49,103 bases of DNA from Paraphysomonas bandaiensis (lineage: Eukaryota > Protista > Chrysophyceae), in NCBI GenBank assembly GCA_965644295.1, contig CBFFRP010000130.1, positions 1 to 49,103 on the forward strand. Direction: 5' to 3'. A program made the translations under genes and the position numbers. Of this stretch, positions 14,156-24,138 are shown one piece after another (positions within the stretch are counted from its first letter, which is position 1; every line of letters starts with the position of its first letter). A model generated the notes under the pieces. It ran no database searches. It worked only from the letters and a program-made list of their open reading frames with translations, and was not told where the DNA came from.

Positions 14156-14655
14156 GTTGTTGGTTGTGGTAGAGTAAGTTTACTTGCAAACGTTTGTGCT
14201 TTGTCAAGGAAACGAAAATAGTGTGTTATGTGGCAGTTGAAATCAACTTCACTGCTCCATTTTCTAAAAGAGAAACCGATACCTAAAATACCACCAGCAT
14301 GCATCTTGACCGGACACCAAAATTGAGAACTGAAATCCGAAAAATCCATCACAGTTCCAGTTCAAGCAAGAAAAACGACAGTCGTTGCGGCTACGACCAA
14401 AATATCGAGCCCGGTGCCGGTTAAGACACGGCTGGGGGGTTTTGGTGGTTTGGCCAACACATATTATATAGAGGGTTTTTTGCGTACATGCATTTTCCTG
14501 CTACTGCAGCACACTCATCAGCAGCAGATAAGCCCAAGTGTAGCTAACGTATCCATCCATCAATTCGAATGTCCATCTTAATAAGTCAAATATATCCACT
14601 TATTCAGTGATGTATTGTGATCCTGTATTGGCTATGATGAGATATTATTTTACCT

Positions 14656-16870
14656 ATGCACGTGATGGAACTCTCAGAGGAAGGTCAAGTGTTTCCAGAC
14701 TTTCAATCTGTCATGAACCACATGCAACAGATAGCCAGTTGTGGAGGCGCACGTACAGGAAAACAACTGCGACGCGATCCACATGTAGCGCAAGGAAGCA
14801 ATAGAGTTACTATGATATGTATGAATCCAGCATGTGCTCGGCGTAAGCGTGATAAAGCATACTGTATGGATACTGCTGCAACTATTAAGGAGCACTATGC
14901 GTTGAGCGAGGATGGCATGAGAATCACAAGTATATATATATGTATAAACTTTTCATTATTCAGTACTTCAAGAACGAGGTGTTGAGCAACGAAAAGTTTG
15001 CAGTGATCTGAAGGATGTTGGAGTCGGTCGTCGTAATATTAGCACTACCCGCATTCAGGTGAGAAACACACACATCATTGCCATAATAGACGAACTATAA
15101 TGTTCTTGTGATGCAAGGCATTTACTACTGTAATTTTGTATGCAAATCTTATGATATGGGTGGGTGAGAGAATGTGTCATTTATTGGTATACCTATGTTT
15201 CTGTTCTTACCACTGAATGCACAAATATATGAGTCGACACAAAGATATATCGCAATGTATAAAATATAAGTGCAACTTCTGTTGGTTGATGGCATAAATG
15301 CCACGCCCGATGTGGTTAAGAAGGCTGCAGCACTCAGTCGAATTCAATTAGAAGACCAATTGGGCAGTTTTTCATTGCTAGAGCCATATCTAGAGCTGTA
15401 CAAAGAACAAAATCCCGGTGCTCATTACGAACTTCGCCGTGACGATATTACGGAGGAGTTTAGTAGCTTAGCATTTGTTTTTCCATGCGTTAAGAATTGC
15501 ATTGAACACGAGTACCTGAGGCGCATATTTGGTCTGGATGTTTCTCATATGAAGAAGATTCCCTACTGGGCGATATCATTATATGACCAATGTTTTTAAC
15601 GGTTGTTCTCAATAGTCCACGGAATACTATTTTGTACTGTTGAGATATCATTTCTACAGAGAAGTCTCCCTTTAGTCTTTGAATATCATTTGAAAGCACA
15701 CAATGCTCCAACTATCGTTGAACATTGAGATGTATGAGGTATGAGGTAAACAATACAAAAGTAACATATATATACTTCTACTATAGTGTCATAGAATCTT
15801 CATGCAAACCAATGTATGAGTACCTAAGCAAACTCAACAACTGGCAGTTATACCAAGCTGTGGCATATGTTGTAGGATTGGAAGAGTGATAATATTGTTG
15901 AAGCAATCTTCGCATGGTGCCGTGAAACAAGATTTCTGAATCCTTACATGTTTGTAAAGAAGTTTCTAGTTGATATATTAGAGAGTAATAACAGGCGGAA
16001 GGATGACATTGCTCGGTTGCAGACTGTATTCCATCACCAGGCTGAACAACACTTTCATGTAATATCGTACATGTAAATTGTGCAGTTGTAAGCTAACTGT
16101 GTTAGGTAATGTGTATAATTGCTGCTTACGTTTTAATGTTTTATACTTGATAGGATATACAGAAAAAAGTCAGACATTGTCCAATGGAGGTTCACATTCT
16201 CGATACTGTGAGCAAGCGAGGTATTGTGCATACCATCACGGATGCAGTGCATAGAAGCGAGTTGAGAAATGTGGACTTGTCTAAGTAGAAATGCGACTGT
16301 GGAAAGTACCAACAAACAGGGCTACCGCGTAAGGATGCGTGGTTTCTGCTTAAAGAGTTGTATCCAAATGGAATGCCACAAGACCTATCTTCGGAGAAAT
16401 ACTTTCATAAAGTCTGCTTTACTATGAGAGTAAAAAATATGTTTGCAGACGTGCCCAACAATTTAGAAGTTGATAATCGATTGCTATCCAAATCGTTTAG
16501 GACTATCAAAGCTCCTCTTGCTAATGATTCCAAGTCTTACAGGAGTTCGAAATGATTGACTAGCACCGGAGAAAGTTCTAGCAGGTGTTGTTGTCATATC
16601 CACGTCAGATATATTTATTCTTATACATTTATAACGTATAACAGTCAGGCTTTATTCAAAAAGCAAAAGAAACAGTGCCCGGACTGTCACCAGTGGCTCT
16701 CGCGCAAGACCCTGCATTCCACCAGTGCATGTAGCAGGCATTGTATTCGATACGGTATCAGTCCGCCTGAGGTTATTCTTTCCGGTTATATTGACGAGTT
16801 GAGTCACCCTAATGATATCGCTGAGCTATCAGAATCGCCTGCTGAAGAAACTGCAACACTTTTTAGTTAG
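14656..16870 (+). pseudogene. MULE/MuDR transposase pseudogene
   Basis: N-terminal GQVFPDF..C segment. SFSLLEPYLELYKEQNPG..F..LAFVF..IFGLDVSHMK matches the MULE pattern SY..LP.YL...NPG..F....LDGTHLK. Decayed SWIM finger VDLSK*KCDCGKYQQTGLP(R)K(D)A near 16270-16340. C-terminal CPDC..H...C knuckle. Stops and frameshifts present. Confidence 0.8.
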
Positions 16871-17008
16871 AATATCTGGTGTATATTCCATATTTTTATG
16901 GCCGCATGTATATTATCGTCTAGTTGGGCAATTACATATCTTTAAATTTAAAGAAATGTGCCTTTGCTGCTGTTGCGTTGTTGGTCATTGATAAAATTCA
17001 TGCACGGT

Positions 17009-17380
17009 TATTAAAAGTCTTTTTATTTAGCAATAGGCGTTAAGAACCTGCACCAATGTAGTGGCTAGTTGAATGCTAGACATACTAGTTAGACCTATAC
17101 CAGTAACTAATCAATACAATCTCTTTTATCCTACTATTTAACGCTACAGAAGCTGCTTGTGCGTCGCCGCAAGAAGCACCAAGGTGCGACCACTTCCGTT
17201 CTTAGTGTGTGTTATGAGGCTCGCCATGATCGTGTGTCCTGGGACTCACCGGCGCGTGTGATCTGGAGGTCTCCCCTTGGGATGAGACTCCACTCGCTAT
17301 ATGACTACATATACATTGTGTGCAATTTGCCTCGGGGACTGCCTTATGTTCCTCGCGGCAACCAGGGGAAACAGTACTAT
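17009..17380 (-). mobile_element. 372-bp retroposon (LINE 3' end plus unrelated 86-bp 5' segment) nested in the MULE
   Basis: 12-bp TSD TTCATGCACGGT at 16997-17008 and 17381-17392. 17009-17294 aligns with 42725-42798 and 43117-43340. Confidence 0.8.
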
Positions 17381-17623
17381 TTCATGCACGGTAGTGTTTA
17401 GTGTTTTAGACTGTACTTGACTAGCTAGAACCTTTGTCATATACTAATTATAATAATAAATGATCACATTAACCACTGCGTGTAATATTCTAGTTAGTTG
17501 AAATAACTTTTGTAATTCTGTAATCTCCTAATTTGATCTCTTTGGAGAATAAGAGTGGCTAGCACGGACTATGAATAGCCACTGCTTCACGTTGGCCTTC
17601 TTTAGCCCCCTCTAGCTGTGTCG

Positions 17624-18230
17624 ATATAGGCCTATTTAGGGCAAAGATTGCTCATTCAAAAGTATAGACTAAGGCACATAGCACATAAAATTGTATATAT
17701 ATGGATCTTGTAAATAATAACCATAACACGCTCTCTAATCTCTTTTGTTCGTGTTCAAAGGCGATTCTGGCTAAGTAGAACTGAACACAGGAGTGTATGT
17801 TGTTATCATCCTTGTATAATGTACTGGTTCATGTCGGATAGGAAGGCAGTTGTAGTACACTGTGTATTGTGGGAAGCCAGATGCAGTATAAAAAGTATAA
17901 AGCAGTACAATAGAATATAAAACACAATTTCTTATGTATAGTATCCCAATAACACTATCTATCCGTGGTGGTTATTATCAACTTGTGGCTTTTTTGCTTG
18001 ACACCAAAAGTGTAAGCAGAATGAAAGATGAAGTGAAAAATCTCTGATACAGTTCATCATCGCCTTATGTGTAATGATGCTACCAGTCAAGAGTCAAGAT
18101 ACACTCCATGCTACTTGCTTTACGACACACTACAACTGCCGTGGGAAGTTTTATACTAACAAACTAAACGTAGTAACAATATAAATATAAGAGATACTTG
18201 TTATTATACAATGCAAAATCAACGACACTC
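17624..18230. repeat. Diverged relic of the tubulin unit spacer/3' flank with no CDS
   Basis: Aligns with unit positions ~2161-2491 plus 1-289 with small indels; stops about 48 bp short of the tubulin stop codon. Confidence 0.9.
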
Positions 18231-18460
18231 TCTAATCTTTTTTATCCGTGTTCAAAGGCGATGCTGGCTATAAGTAGAACTGAACACAGGAGTGTATGTT
18301 GCCACCCTTGTCTAAGGTACTGGCTCAAGAGGAAAGCTGACGTGACAGTACTGTGTAACAGCTGTCAATAACATTCTACACAGGACAGTTGTAGTGCACT
18401 GTGTATTTTGGGAAGACAGCTACAGTATTAAGAATAAAGCAGTTCACTAGAATATAGAAT
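18226..18460. repeat. Second, more diverged copy of the tubulin spacer segment (unit ~2283-2470)
   Basis: TCTAATC..GTTCAAAGGCGAT..AAGTAGAACTGAACACAGGAGTGTA..CAGTTGTAGT.CACTGTGTATT.TGGGAAG..AGAATATA. Confidence 0.8.
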
Positions 18461-18632
18461 ATTTAATTGCTCATCTTCTTAATCACAAAGCACTTTCATT
18501 ACTGGATTTATATCAAGCCTAACCGTTATTCAGTCGGTATTAATTGATTCAAATACCACCCACTAGATACAAGAATCAAATATCTGCAAAGCTTCTGACA
18601 ACGGATATGGCTGCTGCGTATCAATAACTGTG

Positions 18633-20134
18633 TTATATCAAACCGCGTTCATGTTGTAAATAAAAGTTAGCACATGATAATGAAGTAGCATACATATGCA
18701 AATCGAAGTCCATATTCACAACAGCTAAAAACTTTCTTATCATAGCATGATCAACAGCTATTTGTCGGAAAACATTCGTCGGTTTATTAGTCCCACCCCG
18801 ATGGTCCTGAGTGCTGGTAATATTCCAATTCAAATAATATTTAAGAAACTGCGGTGACATCCAGTTCATTCCTTCGAACATTGATATGAATGAAAATTTA
18901 TCTAGAAGATCCTTGGCCACCTCCAAATCTCCTTCTGAATAATCTCTGATACGTCTTTTGAGTATATTCAAATCTGGGAGTATAAATTTTTTGGGACTGT
19001 TGTGCAAGGCCGCAAAATACGAGATATCCAAATTACGCAGACATTTTTTCAAATACGCCGAAAGACTAGTCTTCTTGTTTCGAGAAGACTCTGCAGCATA
19101 CACAGACTTAGGGGAAATAGCCGGAATATTTCTGTAATCCAGAAAGTTACTTGACGAATAGCGCAATATATTAGAGTCCAATAAATTTATCCTATCAAAC
19201 AAATTTCTCGCTATATGGTCGAGATTAACATGAGATTCGTTCAGGTAAGAGGGCGCGGGAACTCCGAAATTCTCCATATAAAGTGAGAACCTTCTGGTCA
19301 GCGGATGGCGCATAGTTGTTCCAAGAGTGACGAAACCTACAGGGACTTCTTTGGGGTCGGGTAAGAACATTTCGTGACCATAGTATCGAATTTTGGTCGA
19401 ACGGATATAATTAATTTGGAATTTTTTATCACCAAACCAAAGCTCCATATCCTCACCAGATGGATTACAATTCTTCCCCATACAGTTATTATTCAGTAAG
19501 CCACCCTTCGACTTCATATATCCTATTCTCTTGTGTTTGCTGTGTGCTTTTACTGCCTGCTGAGCTGAGCGGGGCACTTTCATTCCATTTACATTAGCAA
19601 GATTACACATTGTGGTACCACCTGAAGACAGAGTAACATGTAAGTAGAATATACAAGATCATTCCCCAACATACCCCCTTTTCTAAAATGCAAGTATAAT
19701 AGAGTTCCATTGCGCAGTGTGTGAAATTCCTGCCTCAAAGACTGTTTCATTGTTTCATATTTTAGTAGCCTTTTCCCTAGTGATGTGTCTAACATTCTCT
19801 TGCCGTATTTTAGACAGGCTTGTATCTGGTGCTCTACCTTGGCATACTTCGGTTTCTTTGTCACTAACTCCACTAGTGTGCCCTGCATCTCACTCACTGA
19901 AGGGGTGAAGTGCATGACGGTATCACAGTCATCTAGAAGCTGACATGCAGTCTCCGCATTACTACACTGATTATCCTCACAAATTATGAAGCACTCTTTT
20001 AGTGAACTGAAGATACCGAAACCAGGACACGGAATGGATGAAAACTTTGATTGTCCATATATTTCAAATACAGCACTAGTTGCGCTTACGCCGGTAAAAA
20101 ATACTATCAGATATGCCAGATATTGCTGCAGCAT
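18633..20134 (-). CDS. Secretory/Golgi-type sulfotransferase, 2 exons (intron 19622-19674)
   Basis: Splicing GTATG..TTCAG creates the PAPS 5'-PSB motif HFRKGGGTTMC. 3'-PB motif RHPLTRRFSLY. Hydrophobic N-terminal signal/anchor. Confidence 0.75.
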
Positions 20135-20262
20135 GGCTTCTTACTTCCAGTCGTAGTTGGTCACACTACACATTGATTCAATCAAGAATAATGATAACTA
20201 GCTTGCTACTAGTAAATCACTTCTTCACATACAACTCAACTTCGTACCAGTAGTTTCAGATA

Positions 20263-20376
20263 TCGTATCCGCAGTCAGCATCTTATGTTTTCGGAAATAT
20301 ATTGAAGCATATATTGTATATACTACGTACATACAACTACGGCTATATTACACATAATTGTTGTCTCAATATTAGA
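20263..20376 (+). repeat. ~114-bp dispersed element, copy A
   Basis: Homologous to the reverse complement of 23571-23683 (GCAGTCAGCATCTTAT, TACAACTACGGCT, ATAATTGTTGTCTCAATATTAGA). Confidence 0.85.
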
Positions 20377-20635
20377 GGCATATGTGAACAAAAATATACA
20401 CAGGATACCGATACCATAATATACAGCAGAGTAGACAGTACAAACAGCAGTGAAGTATACGGTATTCCTATTGTATTTCATGGTATTCCACATAATTACG
20501 ATTAGTATGGAAATGAGATCAATTGCTTGTTCCGAGTCTACTGCACTCACTGTTGAAATGAACTGCACATACTTTACATGATATATTCTACTTAAATAAC
20601 TACTATCAGAATATCATTGTTACCCACCTGCTTCT

Positions 20636-21682
20636 ATGAAATCGCTCGTGAGAATTATAAATGAGTGCGGATTTGTATTTGGAAGTGGAGTAATCGATTC
20701 GTTATCATTTCATAAAACTTTAAAGTTTTTAGTCAATTCAAATGAAATAGCTACAGATGTTGTTCAATGCATCCTTGCGAATGGAGTGTTACTGTTAGGT
20801 TCTGTGTTTTTATTCCATAAAGGACTAGCTCCGGTCACTAAACTATTACGCCAGGAGTTAGTAAATGAAGTAGATCATACTGAAATTCCAGGAATAGCCA
20901 GTCTGACTGAGTTGTCTGTATGGAGCTTTTACCATGTGTTGTGGGTATTTCCAGTTTGGGTTCTCTGCTATGTATGCTCATATAGCTGGTATCAAAGTAT
21001 TGCCCATAACTGCTACCGGCTTCAGAATGGCTCTGCCAAAGAGATCCAGGCACAGAGGGCTTTGGTTACTGGTGTATATGCTACGTTGGTTTGGGGCTGT
21101 GCCTATTTGCAAACTCTTCTTTTCGACAAACTTCTTCCTTTTATGCTCTCCCACTTGGCGAGAATGGCAACATTTCTAGCAACCTCGTCACACCTGCCAT
21201 TGGGTAGAGAATTATTCGAAACGTTGGTGGAGTTCACTGTTGCATTCCCCCTGCATGTATTATCGGTGGCTTCTCGGGCAATAGGTCTGATACTAATGAG
21301 TATTATATACGGATGGTATGGTTTTGATATGATATGGACCGCGGATGGGAAGGAACCTTATACGCGATACTCCAGAGTGGAGAAGCACTGGCTCTACTTT
21401 CTTGGGTTTGGTTGTCCGTATGTTATACTCTTCAAATCGTCTTCCTTCTTTGTCGGATACGGAATATATCTGCTTTTGTTTCCGTTTACAATAATGCTTA
21501 GCTCCCTTTCCAATCAAAGAGAAGCTTATAAGGTGGATGTCATATTGGGGCACAGCGTCGGAGAGAGTGGGCCAACGGGCCCACTTAGAGTGTTTCGAAT
21601 GTCGAGAATTTGTGTGGATTATGTGATCAAAATTGTGAACCAGCGCTTGATGAAGGGAATGAGAGTTCGTAAGCACGAGTAG
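20636..21682 (+). CDS. EI24: EI24/PIG8-family multi-pass membrane protein (autophagy-associated)
   Basis: QCILANGVLL, LWVFPVWVL..SWYQSIA, IYGWYGFDMIW and VEKHWLYFLGFG match remembered EI24 motifs (QC...NG, W..P....W..IA, Y.F.Y.W, E..W.YF.GFG). Confidence 0.8.
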   Translation: MKSLVRIINECGFVFGSGVIDSLSFHKTLKFLVNSNEIATDVVQCILANGVLLLGSVFLFHKGLAPVTKLLRQELVNEVDHTEIPGIASLTELSVWSFYHVLWVFPVWVLCYVCSYSWYQSIAHNCYRLQNGSAKEIQAQRALVTGVYATLVWGCAYLQTLLFDKLLPFMLSHLARMATFLATSSHLPLGRELFETLVEFTVAFPLHVLSVASRAIGLILMSIIYGWYGFDMIWTADGKEPYTRYSRVEKHWLYFLGFGCPYVILFKSSSFFVGYGIYLLLFPFTIMLSSLSNQREAYKVDVILGHSVGESGPTGPLRVFRMSRICVDYVIKIVNQRLMKGMRVRKHE

Positions 21683-22106
21683 ATATATTCTGAGAACATA
21701 GAGTGTTTTCTATGTTGTGTATGATACTTTTGTAGTCGAGCAAATCCAGAGTTAATATATAATAATTCCTGTACATATGATGGACAGTATAAGTTTCAAG
21801 ATGGAGAAAGTTTACGACAACTCATACTTGAACAAATGAGATTACAATATTATATTACGTTGTAGGAGAATGGATAAAGAGTCAATAATACTTGCACACG
21901 AAGACACACTAATACAATAATGAAAGCATCTGAGCATAAATTATATCACAATACACAATATTTCACGGTAGCAATATAATTGATTACTGGTGACATGTAA
22001 TAGAAGTAAAAATGTATAAGATATCGATCTTTCTAGTAATAAAATAATATCAGGTAGTTATCTTGCACTCTTGATACAGTTAATCTATATCATTATGTTG
22101 GTATTA

Positions 22107-23438
22107 TTAATTAAAAACATCAGAAGGCCAACTCATTGCAGAAATACCGCTGCATAAATCTTCTGGGGGACGGTCGGGCAGAGAATCATCATCCGAGACA
22201 ACCACTCTAATGCTCCCTTCCTCTACGTGCACTTCTCCCCCTTCTACCTCTGGTAAGGGATGAGTTCTGTGCTGGAAGGTATTATCCATGAGTTGGATTT
22301 TGCGGCACTTCGCCAGGAGTGTGTCTATTATAGAATTGGGGTTTATAACTTCATAGAGTGGCCTGATTGTCCCTCCAGGCCCAATTTCGCGTCCGATTTC
22401 TATCCATCTTATGGATGTGAGACAAGTTACCACTTCATCCACCCACTTTGAAATATGCATTGCATCCATTGAGGATTCGTTTTGGGTTGTGGAGGGATCG
22501 GCTGGTGAATATTGTTGGATGTCTGAAATATGTCTCTCAGTAGGAATTGATGTTACGGAGGGCATAATAGTAGTATTGGAAATTCTGGGCAATACTGCAG
22601 GGCGTCGATCTGGAGTGGTGCCGTCAATGGAGGTCACGTACGGAAAACACCGCTTGCTCCTGGCAGTAATCTTGGATCTAACTTCAATAGCAGGAGACAC
22701 AGCGGGGCTAACGTCGAAGCATGAAGGGTCTTTAATAGTGTCTGGAGCAATTACGATTCGGAAATGCCGACCTTGGTGACGTTTTGACACTTCATTTATT
22801 CGCACCTTTATTTCTGTTCTTCCACTGTGGTCAATACGCATACAACTTTCTTGTACAATTAAAATATTTTCCTTCGTCACGCTCCCGCCCGAAACATAAT
22901 CTAGTCGAGTCTTGATAGGAATGTTGCGTGTAGTGACGATGTCCTTACCCACGAGTTTCACTACTATCGATATGCAATTATATTTTCCACCATGGTCTTT
23001 ATACCACAGTGAAGGGATATCAGACTCATTTTCTATTAGAAGTCTGTGGCGTATAGGCATCATTGGTGATGAAACCCCATCCTTGACAATGATGTCAGTG
23101 TTCAAGAGAGGGGTTGCCACTATCACGAATCTCCTCTCACCGTAACGAGCAGACAAATCCAATATCTTACACTTAATTCGAGCTGTTCCCCTCTCATCAA
23201 TCTTTGTACGAGATGGCGAGTCGATGTCCAGTAAATGATCAGTACATCGCTCTCCATTGTCGAAATTAAGCAGTACAGTTAATGGAATTTCCCTCCCTGT
23301 AACTAATCTCCCTGTCTCAGTAGTTAGAGAGATTTTTAAATCAAACCATTGGTTCACAAATGGGTATTCGGGTACGTCACCTATTTTGAGGTACGTGTCT
23401 AATATTTTCATCGATATCTGCGGCATGTTCATATTCAT
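22107..23438 (-). CDS. Putative CudA-like transcription factor with two tandem beta-rich domains; likely ATG at 23438 (MNMNMPQ)
   Basis: Internal repeat IDERGTARIKCKILDLSARYGERRFVI / IDHSGRTEIKVRINEVSKRHQGRHFRI..SPAIEVRSK resembles the CudA/plant SH-protein DNA-binding region. The family call is from memory. Confidence 0.55.
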   Translation of the reverse strand: MNMNMPQISMKILDTYLKIGDVPEYPFVNQWFDLKISLTTETGRLVTGREIPLTVLLNFDNGERCTDHLLDIDSPSRTKIDERGTARIKCKILDLSARYGERRFVIVATPLLNTDIIVKDGVSSPMMPIRHRLLIENESDIPSLWYKDHGGKYNCISIVVKLVGKDIVTTRNIPIKTRLDYVSGGSVTKENILIVQESCMRIDHSGRTEIKVRINEVSKRHQGRHFRIVIAPDTIKDPSCFDVSPAVSPAIEVRSKITARSKRCFPYVTSIDGTTPDRRPAVLPRISNTTIMPSVTSIPTERHISDIQQYSPADPSTTQNESSMDAMHISKWVDEVVTCLTSIRWIEIGREIGPGGTIRPLYEVINPNSIIDTLLAKCRKIQLMDNTFQHRTHPLPEVEGGEVHVEEGSIRVVVSDDDSLPDRPPEDLCSGISAMSWPSDVFN

Positions 23439-23570
23439 TGCGGCAATGTCAATACTGTAACTGTGTACACCTATGAACGTGGCCAATCTCAGAAATAAGA
23501 AATTTGGAAAAGAAAAGAAATTTCTTGCTCGGTCGTGGTACTGTACTCTAACAACTACAACGTATTGGCA

Positions 23571-23683
23571 TCTAATATTGAGACAACAATTATCTGTATT
23601 CCAGCCGTAGTTGTACTTCATTAATATAGAGGATATTTGCTTCAATTTACTCCCGAAAAATAAGATGCTGACTGCCGATACGA
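23571..23683 (-). repeat. ~114-bp dispersed element, copy B
   Basis: Inverted homolog of 20263-20376. Confidence 0.85.
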
Positions 23684-24138
23684 AAACAACACCACTCCAA
23701 CGGATGAATCACATAGCCCGGAATAACGGGGGTTTGTGAGCGAAAACAGCCGGCCCAATGCATGTGATTTGTAGGGTCCAGCAGTTTTCTTTTGGCAAAC
23801 AGAAGGTGGTTACAAATCGATTTTATCCATCGTTTTTTCATTGAAAAGTCACTTTTCACATAAAAAATTATGACTTTGCCATGTAAAAAACTACGATATA
23901 ACAAAATCGATTGCACAACCACCCTGTACAAGTCGAAGCAGGATTCAGCCAATCATTCCACAAAGAAAATGTATACAATTGTACTCTACAGTAGTACTGT
24001 AGTTGATGGATGTTGTGTTTTTGTGGTTGGATAGTGCAGATGTACTCCTCTATTATTATCATATGGACACTCACATTTACACCGTCTTTACTCTGATCTC
24101 GCCATTTCGCGTTTACACTACTTCAATACGGTGTAACA

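Larger units (their letters stand above)
1..14407. repeat. Tandem alpha-tubulin gene array, 2491/2492-bp unit, about 5.8 units visible, runs off the left edge
   Basis: Seen: TATCTCAATAACAC recurs at 1, 2492, 4983, 7474, 9966 and 12457. Identity to the unit stops abruptly after CAAAATATCG at 14407. Confidence 0.98.
14408..17623 (+). mobile_element. Decayed Mutator-like (MULE) DNA transposon, boundaries approximate
   Basis: Contains MULE transposase remnants and lies between tubulin-unit sequence on both sides. Weak inverted similarity between the ends: GACACGGCTGGGGGG..GGCCAAC vs revcomp GACACAGCTAGAGGGG..GGCCAAC. No clear TSD. Confidence 0.65.

Noticed and set aside
223-14352. Antisense and alternate-frame ORFs (183, 187, 213, 84, 88, 131 aa) overlapping tubulin
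   Set aside because: Shadows of tubulin codon bias. The SNPs are synonymous only in the tubulin frame, and a 1-bp indel changes these ORFs between copies.
17295-17380. U1 snRNA-like hint on the minus strand (ATTGCAC, CCTGG)
   Set aside because: No ATACTTACCTG 5' end, no stem around ATTGCAC and no Sm site.
23439-23645. N-terminal 69 aa of the 512-aa ORF, and the similar ORF at 20302-20505
   Set aside because: Both start at TTG and overlap the non-coding dispersed repeat; a eukaryotic start at ATG 23438 is more plausible.
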